In this document: positions 43,780 to 57,918 of the stretch, in pieces
How the letters are laid out: each line of letters begins with the position of its first letter
Numbering within the stretch: position 1 is the stretch's first letter
Assembly (NCBI RefSeq): GCF_009914755.1
Contig: NC_060938.1
Source of the DNA: the human T2T-CHM13v2.0 reference genome, Homo sapiens
Length of the DNA: 64,000 nt
Direction: 5' to 3' (one strand)
Notes under the pieces: generated by a model
Seen by the model: only the letters and a program-made list of their open reading frames with translations
What the model was told of the DNA's origin: nothing
Databases searched by the model: none
Program-made: the position numbers and the translations under genes

Positions 43780-44520
43780 GGGCGCCTCTGGAGTCTGGTA
43801 TTAATAATAAATATTATTGCCGTGCATCCTTAATTTTCCCTTAATTTAATTAGAGAAAATGTAATAGCCCTTATGAAAACAATATACGAGTTTTCAAACC
43901 TAATTAACATGATACCAAGTGCGCAGGTCACGAAAATTGTTGTTTTCTCTGGAACGCTTCCATGCAAATAGATAAAAACAAAACTGCATTTAATTCCACA
44001 GCCTCGGCTAACAGGCAAATCAGAGATGACGGGCTCTCGCCCCAGGGCTCCGTCTGCCTGGTAATAAATACTTTCCTTTTGTCACGATTCAAGGGAGAGC
44101 CAGAGCGATAGGCGAACCCTATCAAGTATTCCGAGGTGGAGTCAAGTCAGCCATGACCGGGGTTCAGCCGTCCCCGCTTTAGGATGTTGAAGCCGAGAGG
44201 CAGCCCAGTTGGAAAGGAGCCTGGCCTTCCAGGGAAGGCCCCCGCGCCGCCTGTGGTGCTTTGCGTGGCGCACTCCCTCCTTCGCTCCGGTCAAGGCTGG
44301 TCTGTCCCGGGGGCAGGGCCGCCCTCCATCCTCCTCCAGTGGGTTTCTCTGGGCACGGGCCGCTGGCCCATCACCAGGCAGAGCCAGGACGCTAGACTCC
44401 AGGTTTTCTCCTCTGCAACTTCCCGAGCTTGGAACGGGCTTTTCTGGGTGTTCTCCAAGGCTGAGCAGGCGGCGCCGCCAGGGAGAGGTCTCCCCTCTAG
44501 GTTTGCGGTGTGGGATCTGC
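43780..44520. promoter_or_regulatory. Candidate developmental enhancer: AT-rich motif block next to a CpG-rich patch
   Basis: P3 TAATTTAATTA (43842-43852), CTAATTAA (~43900), octamer ATGCAAAT (43962-43969), then the CpG-dense 44140-44520; no repeat signature. Confidence 0.55.
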
Positions 44521-46212
44521 CAGGGTCCTCCCCAGCCTCCCCACCATGGGCATTTAACCTCACTCACTTCTCAGAAGACGCCTCTCCTTCCTTCCTTTCA
44601 GCAGCATGCCCCATGCCCCATTCCCCACGCCCCGGAAACTCACCCCACTTTCCTTTCCTGGGTGAGATCCAGGCCCCCTCCCCTGGAGACCTGGGCGCTT
44701 CTCCCACCTCTGGGAGGCTGGTGTGGAAAATGGAGGTAGCAAGAGTATCCACCCATACAATAATAAGTGGGGGAAGGCTTAGCATGCAGTAGCGCTTTAT
44801 AAATGTCACTTCCATGTTTTTCTCTGGGTCTGACAACTTCCACTCATTTTATGCAAAGTCTGAATGTGTGCTGGGACAAGCCCCCACCCCACCTCCTTTC
44901 TTCACTATCATAAAGCAGCCCCTGGGTCCCTTCCTCACAAGGGCTTTTGGAGAAGCAGCTGGACCTTTGCATTCAGGTGGTGTCCGAACCAGGGCCCTGT
45001 AGGTGTAGAGGGGGAGCCCAGGACAGAGGCTTCAGAACCCAGGGAAGAACCAGCGTTGCTGGCACACATGGGGAGGGGTGGGGTAGGAGACCCAGAAAAC
45101 CAGACCCCAGCAGGAGAGAGCACGGGCCAGGCTGGGGGATCCCATCAAGACACCAAGCTTGCAAGTGACCAAGAAGAGGGTCTCTCCCAAGCCTGCTGAC
45201 TCCAAACATGGGGCGGCCTCCTTTGTTCATTGTCCTTAGACAGATGACTGACCATCTAATTATGAGACATCGAATCAGAAAAGAGTTTCATTGACGGCCA
45301 AACATGACTATGTTATTATGGTATTTATTATTATTGTTTAAACGGTAGTTATTGTATTTACTTATTAATAAAAGCAATTAATAATAATAATGCATGTATG
45401 TGTTACAGTAAATGCACTACAGTTTAAATAAAATGTAAATAAATAAAATGCACTTTTGATAAAAATATATTACCTTGTAAATGTATCACAAATGTTTTAA
45501 CGCATGATGAAGACAAGTTTGATCACTCTTAGCAAGTTCGAAGCTTCCTTTAACTGAATTGTATGTGTTTGTGTGTGAGTGTGTGTGGTTGTATGTGGTA
45601 CAGAGAAAAAAACACCCATGAATTGAAGAAAAAAGGACACCCATGAACTGACTTTTCATAAACAGACAAGATTAAATATACATGTTTTCTCCCCTCTGTT
45701 TCTCTCTCTCAAACACCTGAAATGACAATCAAAGGAATAATGAAGAAATGGACCCACAAAAAGCAAGAGAATTACACAGATGGGGGAAAGTAGGTCCCAG
45801 AGTTGACCAAAAATAATTGGATGAGCAATAGTGACTGACTTGGCGGAGCAGTGCTGCCGGGGTGTGGAGGTGGAGGAGGCCAGCTTTAACAATCAAGCAG
45901 ATGCAGAAACCAGGCTCCCAAAGACTCAGACATTGAAGGTTTACAGGTTCCTCAGGGGGCTGGGGGCAAAGCATGCCTTGAAATAAGAAGCTTGGTCCAA
46001 AAGCCTGACGAAGAGTGGCTGGAACCCCAGCTTCTCCACCAATGTGCTCCACCAGGCGGCTCCTGCCATACACACAGGTGGGTCCTGAAGCCTCTGTCTT
46101 GGCAGAAGAGTAAGGGTTAATCTCAGAAGAAACAGCCAGAGAGGGAAGAGACCCAATACCACCAGGGACAGCCAAGGGCAGGGTGGGCATCATATTGAAA
46201 ATGTGGGATTGA

Positions 46213-46575
46213 GGTTGGACACAGTGACTCACACCTGCAATCCCAGCACTTTAGGAGGCCGGGGCAGGTGGATCACTTGAAGCCAGGAGTTGGAAACCAG
46301 CCTGACTAACATGTTGAAACCCCGTCTCTACTAAAAATACAAAAATTAGCCAGGCGTGCTGGCACACACCTGTAGTCCCAGCTACTCAAGAGGCTGAGGC
46401 TGGAGAATCACTTGAACCCAGGAGGTGGAGATTGCAGGGAGCCGAGATCGCACTATGACATTCCAGCCTGGGTGACAGAACGAGACTGTGCCAAGAAAGA
46501 AAAGAAAAGAGAGAGAGAGAAAGGAAGGAAGGAAAGAAGGAAGGAAGGAAAGAAGAAAGGAAGGAAGGAAAGGAT
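46213..46575 (+). mobile_element. AluS with GA/GGAA-rich tail
   Basis: ggttggacacagtgactcacacctgcaatcccagcac...cagcctgggtgacagaacgagac. Confidence 0.93.
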
Positions 46576-47688
46576 TGAATAAGAATTAGTGCCCTAAATG
46601 GTGGGACCCCGTCCCTCTCCCCTTCAGGCTCCCAGAATGCTGCAAGCCAGGTTTATCCTCCACAAGTGTGAGCTTGGACGAGACTCCTCCAGGAAACTGA
46701 CTATTCTGAGAAAAAATAGTGATAGCTACTCACACTCAAGGGTCCCTCAATGAAACAGCCATAAGTCTAAAGAAGCCCACCAGTCAACAAGCTCCACCCC
46801 TGCATCCAAAGCTTCCAGTCAACTTATTAGTGCTTTGTCCTTACATATGAACATATGGCCAAGGATCACCAGGCATTTGAGGAAAACGCTAGAACCAGCC
46901 AATGAACCAGTGAACAGGACAAAGGGATGTATAGGAAATAGAGATTTCGATAACACAGATTCATATCCTTAGAGACATAAGAGGAAATATTGCATCCAAG
47001 CACAGGGTATCATTTAGAGAGTTCTTGGAAAGTAAAACCTACTTCAAATAAAAATTCAGCAAAGTATTGGAAGATATAATTGAGGTAATCTTCTGGGAAA
47101 TGTCACAGAAAGACAAAGACCTGGAAAATAGAAAAGCCAAGGAAATTAGAGCATCAGTGCAGGAAGTTCAATATCAAATTATTAGGATTTTTACAATATA
47201 AGATAATTAAAAAAAGAGAAATAAAGAAATACCAAAAAATGTGATTAAGTTTTGCAGAATATAACCAAATGAGTTTCTGGATTAAAATGGCCCACTGAAG
47301 ACTTAGCTCAGGTAGGACTAGAAGACCCTCACCAAGACACATCATAAATAAATTTTAGAAAATCAGGGATAAAGAGATCTTATATGTTGCAAGAGGAAAG
47401 ATGGGGGAAGGTCATATACAAAGAATCACAAATCACAATAGCACTGAATTTCTCAATAATTGGAAGGTAAAAGATGATAAAACAATGCCTTCAACATTCC
47501 AAGAGAAATTACTTCCAAACAAAAATTATATACCCGGACGAATTATCAACTGAGTGTGAGCATAGACTAAAGACATTTTTAGATATGGACAATGTCAAAA
47601 ATGTACTTTCATTAACTATGTCTAAGGAACCTACTGAAGGATGTGCTCCACCGAAACAAAGGAGTAAGTAATAAAAGAGGAAGGCATG

Positions 47689-48158
47689 TGTCTTAATCTG
47701 CTCAGGCTACCATGTTAAAATACTATAAACTGGATGGTTTAAACAATAACTGTATTTCTCACAGTTTTGGAGGCTGGAAAATCCAAGATCAAGGCATCTG
47801 CTAATTTGGTGTCTAGTGAGGGCTTTCTTCCTGACTGGCAGACAGTCAACTTCTCACTGTGTGCTCATATGATGTTTCTTTGATATGTGCACATGGAAAA
47901 GAGGAGAGAGAGGAAGAGGGAGAGAGAGAGAGAGAGAGAGAAAGAGAAAGAGTGAGAGAGAAAGAGAAAGAGAGAGAGAGAGAGAGAGATCGAGAGAGAG
48001 ATCTCACTCTTTTTATAAGGCCACCAATCCTGTAGGATTAGAACCTCATCCTTATTACCTCATTTTACCTTCTAAAAGCCCTATCTCCGAATATAGTCAC
48101 ATTTGGTGTTAGGGCTTCAACATATGAATTTGGGAGGAACACAATTCAGTCCAAGCAA
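47689..48158 (-). mobile_element. MLT1A-like solo LTR with internal (GA)n
   Basis: tgtcttaatctgctcaggct...ctcacagttttggaggctgg...tagggcttcaacatatgaatttggg. Confidence 0.88.
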
Positions 48159-48739
48159 CATGGAATCCATGAAATAGGTAATTTAACACAGAGAGAGACT
48201 AAGCACATTTTCAGGATAACAGCCAAACGATAGGTCTAGAGAAAAACCAGCCCAAGAGCTGAGGATAGAAGGCCTCTGCAATTAATAAGAAAACTGATCA
48301 ATTACCCAATGTATTTGATTGTATCAAGAGAAAGTTCAAACTTCTGGCAAAAAGTTTGGGATATATAGAAAAAGACATTGAAAAATAAAGAAATAATTAG
48401 CTACTCAATAAACAATAATTAATATTAGGAAGGAAATTCAATTATAGTATGCTATGTGGCTTAGCAGTGAACAAAATGTATATTTTTTTTCACCTATGAT
48501 CATAACACTGTCAGAGCATTGAGGTTTGCTCTACATAAAGCATCACCCCTTCACTCCCAGGAAGAGTGTCCCCTTCCTCTGTGCTCCCACCTCACTGTGC
48601 TCCCATCTCTCCCAGCTCAAAACATATGACTGTATTCCTGTCTACATGTCAGCCCCCAGCTCCCCTCCTTGCCAAGACTGCCCCTGTAGGGCACACATTT
48701 GGTGACTGAGACAAAGACTAGACACAGTAGAGTGTTGTA

Positions 48740-49730
48740 GCATATTAGAAGTTGTGAGAAAAAGAACACTCAGCACAGGGTGAGGGGAGGCTTGGGCATG
48801 GGAAGACGGATCAGTCTGCAGTATTAATCAGGGTGGTCAGAAAAGGTCTCTGAGAAAGTGAGCGTAATGGTTCATTTTATGTGTCAACTTGCCTGGGCCA
48901 TGGGGTGCCCAGATTAAATATTGCTTCTGTGTGTGTCTGTGCGGGTGTCTCTGGATGAGATCAACATTTGAATCAGTGGGCTCAGTCAGGTAGATTGCCT
49001 TCCCCAATGTGTGTGAGCATCATCCAACATTGAGCACCCAAGGAAAGAGCTGGCAGAGCAAAGGACAGAGGAGAGAGGGATTCCCCTTCACCTTTTTTTT
49101 TTCCTGCCTGTTTGACCTGGGGCATCTCACCCCAGCTGACTCTCAGGCTGGGATTTACACCAATGGTTCCCCTATTTCTCAGGCCTCCAGACTCCAACTG
49201 AATTATACTATCAGTTTTCCTGGATCTCCAGCTTGCAGATTGTGGGACTTCTCAGCCCCATAATTGCATGAGCCAATTCCTCATAATAAATCTCTTCCTA
49301 TATATTTCCAATTGGTCTGTTTCCCTGGAGAGCCCTGGCTAATGCAGTGAGCTTTGCACAAAGACTCAAGACAAGCTGCTTACTGAGGGAAAAGAATTGC
49401 CAGCAGAGGGAAGGGCTAGGACCAAAGCCCTAAGCAGTGGGAAAGAAGAAGGAATGAGGATACAGAAATAATAAGGTCAAGGTCATGAAGGGACTTTTAG
49501 CCCATGGGTAAGAACTTTGACTTTAACTCAGAGGAACTAGGGAGTCATTGAAGGTCTCTGAGCAGAGGATGGGCCTGGTCTGATTTATGACTGCAGAGGG
49601 ACCAATTAGATGCTGTTGCAGCAATCCAGATAAGAGATGATGGGGGCTTGGCCGAGGTGGCCACACTATGGTGGAAAGAAAGGGTTGGATTCTGGATGTA
49701 TTTTGAAAGAATGAATGAACGAACAAAACT
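48740..49730 (-). mobile_element. L2 fragment split by MLT2
   Basis: cagggtggtcagaaaaggtctctgagaaagtga...gagtcattgaaggtctctgagcagagg...ggattctggatgtattttgaa. Confidence 0.7.
48863..49346 (+). mobile_element. MLT2 (C/D-like) ERVL solo LTR with 5-bp TSD gtgag
   Basis: ggttcattttatgtgtcaacttg...ggacttctcagcc...ataataaatctc...ccctggctaatgca; gtgag at 48858-48862 and 49347-49351. Confidence 0.9.
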
Positions 49731-49794
49731 AGTTCATATGAGATTCTATTTGACATTAGATTTTCTTCTGAAATCTGGAGAGCAATAACTTCAG

Positions 49795-49860
49795 TTTCTT
49801 TCTTTTTTCCTTCCTTCCTTCCTTCCTTCCTTCTTTCCTTCTTCCTTTCTTTCTTTCTTT

Positions 49861-49903
<43 letters not shown>

Positions 49904-49915
49904 ATCTTTCTTTCT

Positions 49916-49979
<64 letters not shown>

Positions 49980-50202
49980 TCCTTCTGGAGTGCAGAAGCA
50001 CAATCACAGCTCACTGCAGCCTCAACCTGCCATGCCCAGCAATTGCATGTCACCAGGCCCAGCTAATTGTTTTATTGTTTTTTGTAGAGATGGGATCTCA
50101 CTATGTTGCCCAGGCTGGTCTCAAACTCCTGTGCTCAAGCCATTCTCCTGCCTTGGCCTCACAAAGTGCTGCAATTATAGGTGTGAGCCACCCAGCCCAG
50201 CC
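49795..50202 (-). mobile_element. Internally deleted AluJ whose tail is a ~190-bp (TTCC)/(TTTC) microsatellite
   Basis: Pyrimidine microsatellite 49795-49985 then Alu arms; flanks aacttcagttt / aacctcagttt. Confidence 0.88.
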
Positions 50203-50689
50203 TTAACCTCAGTTTTAAATTTTGGACTGGGGATAGCTGTTTTCTTTGACACTCATGGTCTGTTTCCTTCTGGGCCTCAGAGTTTGAGAGTCTCTTCAAT
50301 CTAATCAACCTGGTCCATCATCTTCTTGAGAAAGCAACACCCAGAAGGGGAGAGGACTTGTTCTAGGACCACTGAGCTGAGCCTGAAGCCAGGACCTCCC
50401 ACACCTCTGCTACCGCCTCTCACACACATCTCCAGAGGGTGTCATCTGTAATTCTGAAGCCAGAGTCCTCCCGGGCCCTCCTGGAGCCTGCCCCAGGGCC
50501 CAGTGATGGCATAAGGGCTGGGCAGTGGCCCTTGGTCCTGACATGGGTGTGGCATTTGATTGGCTCTAGTCCCAGGTCTGACAACATGCGGAAGAGCAGG
50601 AAGAATAGAGAGGAGCTGCCACTTCCAGAGGGCCTGGCTGTGTGCTGGGCTCCACACCACACACCTGCCCATCCATCCCTTTCAATTTG

Positions 50690-50830
50690 TGCAACCACCC
50701 TCCTTTCCAGATGAAGAAACCCAGGCTGATGGAGACCAGGCAATTCCCTACAGTGATCCACAAGCAGATAGGGTTGGAGCTGGAATGAAACCCAGGTCCA
50801 CTGATTACAAAGCTCATGTGCTCTCCCGAG
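50690..50830 (-). mobile_element. MIR
   Basis: tttccagatgaagaaacccaggc...gagctggaatgaaacccaggtc. Confidence 0.7.
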
Positions 50831-51770
50831 AGCTTAGGGGAGGTCTGCCTTTGGGTGAAGTCCCCACCCTGGGGTTCACCCCAACTTGACATGGAGGCTG
50901 CCGAACTGTCAGGGATCTAACCTGAAGCACAGCGTTGGCCTGCATGGTTTAGGGAAAACCAAATGATAGGCAAGAATTGCCACGCGATTCCCAAGAGCTG
51001 CCTGTCACTTAGAACTGCCAGTTCATTTCCTGGAGGTGTCAAAACTGGGAGTCCTGTGAACGGGGGACATTCCGAGTCCCTGGGAGGGAGGGATGCTGGT
51101 CTAGCTTTGCTTCCCTACATGCTCCTCTGGCTTTCAAACACCCTGGCTTCACAGCCCTCCATGCCTCTGCAGCAGCACGCAGGCAGTGCACACTCATACA
51201 AACACCGCATACGGCTCCCACAAAGATGGTCATATGGGCTGCAGCTGGGACTCACAAGTTCCTTTCTATGTGGTCTGAAAAGCAGCCGGAATCATCCATG
51301 CCCTGCCTCTCCCACTGACCTTAAATTGGTAATGGAGGGGAAATAGCAGATCCAAGTCAAATTTCTCTTTTCAAGATAAAACACGGAAGCTTTGGAGCCT
51401 GAGGACCAGAATCTGAGGACCCGGCTCTCCCTTTTCCTTTGGCAATTTCTTTTAGCTCTCGGAGCGTCAGGTTCCTCTCTTGTACAAAGGAGGCTTGAGG
51501 GGCTGTTGTAGAGATTCCTAACAGAATGCAAAGTCGCCAGCAAAGTGCATGGCACATGGATGCTCATCCTTAGATCTGGGCATGCTGGAACCTTAGGTGA
51601 GGAATTAAAATTTTGTTATGGAAGGACAAGAGTCTTCTAATTTCTTGCCACCCATGATCAAACTTTGTTTTTAACCTACCTTGCACTGGAATAATACACT
51701 TTAATCAACATGTATTGTACGTTGTACATGTTGTCCCTGTAAGCCTATGAATTAGGCATCATTATTTCTA

Positions 51771-52533
<763 letters not shown>

Positions 52534-53193
52534 TTAAAGTCACACAACACGTTGATGGCAAAAGAGGAGACTTCAAACCCAAAGCACAGGGCTGCCTCGC
52601 AGTAAGAATTGCCTGCATTTGCTGAGTGAAGACTCAAAGCCAGATCTCTAAGAAGGATGATGATTATAACATGGAGGGGGCGAAGCGGGAGGCAATACCA
52701 ATAGCTACAACTTATTGAGCACAAAGCCTCTCCTGAGGCTTTCTGTTCCTTTCTTCCTTTCAGTCCTTCCAGCAACCTCATTCAGCAGGCAGCACAGGGA
52801 GGATCGGGACAAGATGCTGGTGTATCTGGGCTCCCTCCCTACTCTTTCACGTTCTAGCTGCATGACCATGGGTGATGCACTTCTCCTTTCCGTGCATCAG
52901 TTTCCCGACCTGGAAAATTGAGCTAATCATTATACCCTGCTCTGAGGGTTCGGAGGAGCTCTTGAGTTATCCATGGAGTGCTATGGCTGCGTCTGAACTG
53001 GAGCAAGCGCTCCACAGACTGAGGCTCACAGACAATCGCCAAGGCTGGTCCGCTCATCAGTGAGATCTCTTGTCAAATAAATCAAAAGGCTCAGAAGCCA
53101 TCACTGAGCACTTGTTGTAGATGAGACAGTGCAACAGGTAGGGGAAGAGATGCAAAGGGAATGCTTCTCAGCGGCATTCACTTGCCACCCAAC

Positions 53194-53567
53194 TGCTATG
53201 GACCACATCGTGTTCCCCCAAAGTGCATATGTTGCAGCCCTAACCCGCAATGTGACTATATTTGGAGATAAGGGCTTTCAGGAGGCAACTAAAGTTAAAT
53301 GAGGTCATAACGGCAGGGCCCTGATCCAACAGGGCTGATCGTTTCAGAAGTAAAGGAACAGAGAGAGAGAGAGAGATCTTCCCCCGCTTGTGAGCACGTA
53401 GCTAGAAGGCACCATCTACAATCTAGGAAGTGAGTTCTCACCGGAGACCAAATGACACCTTGATCTTGGACTTTCCAGCTTCCAAAACTGTGAGAAAATA
53501 AATCTCTGTGGTTTAAGCCATCTGGTATGTGGTAGACAGTTATGGCAGCCCAGGTGGGGTTAATACA
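53194..53567 (+). mobile_element. MLT1A-like solo LTR with 5-bp TSD ccaac
   Basis: tgctatgg...gccctaacccgcaatgtgactatatttggagat...ctgtgagaaaataaat...taataca; ccaac on both flanks. Confidence 0.9.
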
Positions 53568-53728
53568 CCAACACAGTCAGATCTGGCAGCAAAGTAGATA
53601 TTGGATGGGCAACAGCAGTGTGTGACCCCAAAAGCCAGGCAATGCTTAGTGACAATGAAAACATGAGACATATTGCTAAGGGATGGTGTGGAAATAAACT
53701 TGAGACAAAATGAAAAGGCAAGCGATGA

Positions 53729-54426
<698 letters not shown>

Positions 54427-55197
54427 AACAATGCTGTGTATTTCTATTGGATCTTATTTAAGTATGTAATGTACAGAAAAAGGTCAGCAAAACTAGAATC
54501 CTCAAACTAATGTTCTGATGAGATGGGGAGGATAGAGAAAGGGGATCAAGAAGGACTTTAGCTTTATTTGCTTTTTGACATCGAGAATATATTAATGTAT
54601 TAAGTTACATGAGGACTGCAAAAGCAATAAAAATTTACCAAAAACAAAAAGACGGAGAAGCAGAAGAAGGACCGTCTGCTCTGAGGTGAGCTTTGCCTCC
54701 ATCACACACATAAAAGCCTCTGGCGTAATTTTCTAATGCCTCTTCACCCCACACCCCGTTACATCTCTTAAATGAAAGACTCTTTTGGAAACAGGAAGAA
54801 CTGCAAAGAGGATGAGAGGGTGGTGAGATCCATTAGATAGTCTGAAGAGAGGAGAGGAGGGCAGCAGCAAATGAGAGCAAGCGATAAGGAAGAGAGGACA
54901 TCTGATCAAAGGCTCTCATGTACGTAAGAGGCATTCATATCTGACGCACGTGCTCCCGTTGAATTTTCACTGCAGCCCTGCTGAGGGTTAACCCACTTTG
55001 CAGACATCCAGTCCCCCAGCCCGTGGGCCCTTCAGACTGCCTCCTGCTAGCTCTCTCTGAAGGGCCCTGCAAGCTTCCTCCTGCTACCTCTCTCTGAAGC
55101 ACAGATTCCTCCGCAGGATGCAGCCTGGGTTCCGGGGTAGATGCACAGGGATGCTTTTCTCGGAGGGCTCACCTCTTCCTGAGTCACTCCTGAGTCA

Positions 55198-55343
55198 CAT
55201 ATCACGATCCTACTTGTGGGCTGGGTCCAGGGAGGAAACTCAAATCACCCAGAGGCTAGGCAAAGCTATATGTCACAATCCCACCTGCGGGCAGGCCCAA
55301 GGATGAGTCACAATCCCACACATGTCCCAGGTCCAGTCTCTCA
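55198..55343 (+). repeat. Solitary diverged beta-satellite (68-bp BSR)-like island, about 2 units
   Basis: atatgtcacaatcccacctgcgggcaggcccaaggatgagtcacaatc resembles the recalled consensus GATATGTCACAATGCCCCTGTAGGCAGAGCCTAGACAAGAGTTACATC; ~35/70-bp internal periodicity. Confidence 0.65.
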
Positions 55344-56499
55344 CCTGAGTCAGTCAGTCCCTGCCCTGAGCCTGGTACTGCAGAAGCCACTACAGCCCTC
55401 TGTCCTCTGCCTGCTGCTTCATGCCCTGGGCGATTGGGTGGCTTCTGTGTCTCTGCAGGCCCGGTGCCGGAGAGGAGGTGGACACCTTTGAGCAGAGCCA
55501 ATGACAGCCTCACTGACCGAGGTGTGTCATCTCCCAAGGAGACTGTTTGATGGGGGCAGAGCTTCTTTGGGTATAAAGGACCCGGTCCAAAGACAGGTAC
55601 CAAAAGGTAGTCTCTTCAAATGGTGTTTAAAAACCAAAAAGGAATTGGGAAACCTATAGCGTCCTTTGCACAAAAAGTGGCTGATAATGTTTTTAAATGC
55701 AAAGGAGGGGATTGAACACAAAAGAAAACAAAAAGCTATATTCTTGATGCTGCTGTTTATTTTAATTGCAATCAAGGGATGAGTGTGGTGGAAGAAAGGT
55801 AGGTATAGCAAAGGATGTTCACTAGAATTAAGTCTCCTCTCCACCCCAGGAGTAAATGTCATGGCCAGTCTCTTGTCTCCATACACACACACACATCTGC
55901 TTTCTCACACATCTGGAAGTAGACTCTACACACCTTTCAGCATTTTGTTTATTTTTCAATGGATGATATATAAATAAAATAAAGAAGAAAATAGTTTCCC
56001 ACTCCAAGTCTTCTCAAGACCTGGCCAGACCTCCATCTAAGAAGAATCATCTGAGTTGCTCGAATACACTATATAAAGAGTACGAAGAAGGGGTAAGGAT
56101 CGTTTGCAGAGGCCCCTAGGACAAGCATGTGGAAGAGGAACCCTGGGTCTCCAGGAAGAATTCCAAGATGTGGCTGGCAGGCAGCAGCACTATTACCAAA
56201 AAAAGATGTAAAATGCATGGAGGAAGGGGGTTGGTTCTGCATGGGAGCATCAGAAAGCCGGGGCCATGACATGCTGCCCTGTCAGGCTGGGGGACACTGA
56301 CGGGAGGCCCGCCTGGGTTCACGTAGATATGGAATCACAGTTTTACAACACAGTGGCAGGAGCTGGTACAGAAGGAAGTCTAAGGCTTTTCAGGTTTGAG
56401 AACGACATCGCATATAACACTCCAGCACAAGCCGAGGCAGTCTCTCCTAACCAGACACATTCATATTTCACCAGAAAATGTTCCAATAATTTTTGGTTC

Positions 56500-57560
56500 T
56501 CAAACCTCTTTGAATCTCAGAAACGCATAGAAGGGGTTGTGGACTTCAATAATGGACCCACTTCAAAAAGAAACATCTTAAATCGAGTAGGAAGGAATGG
56601 GATTCAAGAACAAATGAAATTAGTAAACACGTTGCTGAACCTAAATCGACATTGTTGGTATAAAACTAAAAAAATTATGGTTTGATGGAGTGTTTTTTTT
56701 AAATACAGGAAGGAACTGCAATACTTGGCAAATATCAGAGAAAATGGGGAGGCAGAAGACCAGAGTTAAAACCTAACATCATTGTGTTATCTTGCAGGAT
56801 GATAGGAACAGTTTTTTACTCAGAAGTTAAGCATTCAAGTTGGATAAAGTAAGGCTGAACACTAAATTGTAAAAGAACACAATATATAACTTCCAAACAA
56901 TTAAAAAGGAGAAAGAAAGTAATCAAGGCTTGATTTAATGTAGTAAAGCAGGACAAGTGAGACACAGTGGAAAATCGTAGTAAACAGGGTATACGGAGCC
57001 AGATGGCAGAAGTCTGCCCAGCCATATGAATAAATGTAAATGGATCAAACTCATCCACTAAAAAACTGAGATTTTTTTCAAGCCTGGGCAACAAAGCAAG
57101 ATCTAATCTCTCCAAAAAGAATAAGAAAATTAGCCAGGTATGGCACACACCTGTGGTCCCAGCTACTCAGGGAGCTGAGGAGAAAGATCACTTGAGCCTG
57201 GGAGGTCAAGGCTGTAGTGAGCCATGACTGCACCACTGCACTCCAGCCTGAGACAGAGCAAGACTCTGTCTCAAAAAAAAAAAAAAAAAAAAAAAAAAAG
57301 ACTGAGTTTTTTTTCAGATTGCACTTTTAAAAACCTAATTATATGATGTTTAAGAGATATATCTAAATTATGGTGCCATAGGAATAAAGAAAATAAAGGT
57401 ACAGAGAAAGATATCCAAGCCAAATAAATACTAACCTAAGGAGATCTTGGGTCACAATATTAATATCAGCTAAAGTAATCCTGAAGGTGTTATTTAACTG
57501 TGTCTCAGTTAATAGAAAAAGGCCAATTAGCCACATGAAAAAATCTCAACTTATAAAATA
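56500..57560 (+). mobile_element. Old L1M fragment (ORF2-start region) split by an Alu
   Basis: taaatgtaaatggatcaaactcatccactaaaa...tatatgatgtttaagagatatatctaaa...aatattaatatcag. Confidence 0.6.
57080..57299 (+). mobile_element. 5'-truncated AluJ, TSD ~actgag(a/t)tttttttca
   Basis: agcctgggcaacaaagcaaga...gaggtcaaggctgtagtgagccatga...poly(A). Confidence 0.9.
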
Positions 57561-57736
57561 GATGAACATCAATATATTTGTCCCAGGCTGCACATTGCAA
57601 GGGAAATTGTCTGCTAATGTATCTATATTGTCCACTAGACTCTAAGCTCCTGGGAGGAAACAAGCCATGTCTTATTAGTAGTAACTTAGCCCAGGTCTGA
57701 CTTAGGGGATTCTTAATAAATGCTTATTGAATAAAC

Positions 57737-57918
57737 CAGTGGTTCTCAAGCCTGGCTGCACATCAGAATCTTCTGGGAGTTTTAAAAAATACTGAGGCTT
57801 GGGCCCCACCCCAGACCAATTAAAGGAGAATCTCTAGGGTGGGACTTCAGTATAGTATATATATATTTTAAAAGCTCCCCTGGTGATTCTGATATTTGGC
57901 CAGGGTTGAGAGCCGCTG
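57737..57918. mobile_element. MER5 (MER5A1/B-like) hAT-Charlie element with 8-bp TSD gaataaa(c/t), inserted in an L2 tail
   Basis: Inverted termini cagtggttctcaa...ttgagagccgctg; aaaagctcccctggtgattctgat. Confidence 0.88.

Larger units (their letters stand above)
45640..48510 (+). mobile_element. HAL1 or ancient L1 5'/ORF1-like relic, interrupted by Alu and MLT1A
   Basis: A-rich sense strand with L1-ORF1-like segments (aggtcatatacaaagaatc...acaatgccttcaacattcc...ctaaagacatttttagatatg). Confidence 0.6.

Noticed and set aside
44107-44123. Small hairpin gatagg-cgaac-cctatc
   Set aside because: A 6-bp stem is within chance expectation; no ncRNA hallmarks
44142-44836. Overlapping ORFs up to 202 aa
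   Set aside because: Same GC-rich artefact; no recognisable protein family or exon structure
56266-56685. 139-aa ORF of ordinary composition
   Set aside because: No recognisable homology and it runs into an L1 relic; would need BLASTP or Ribo-seq support
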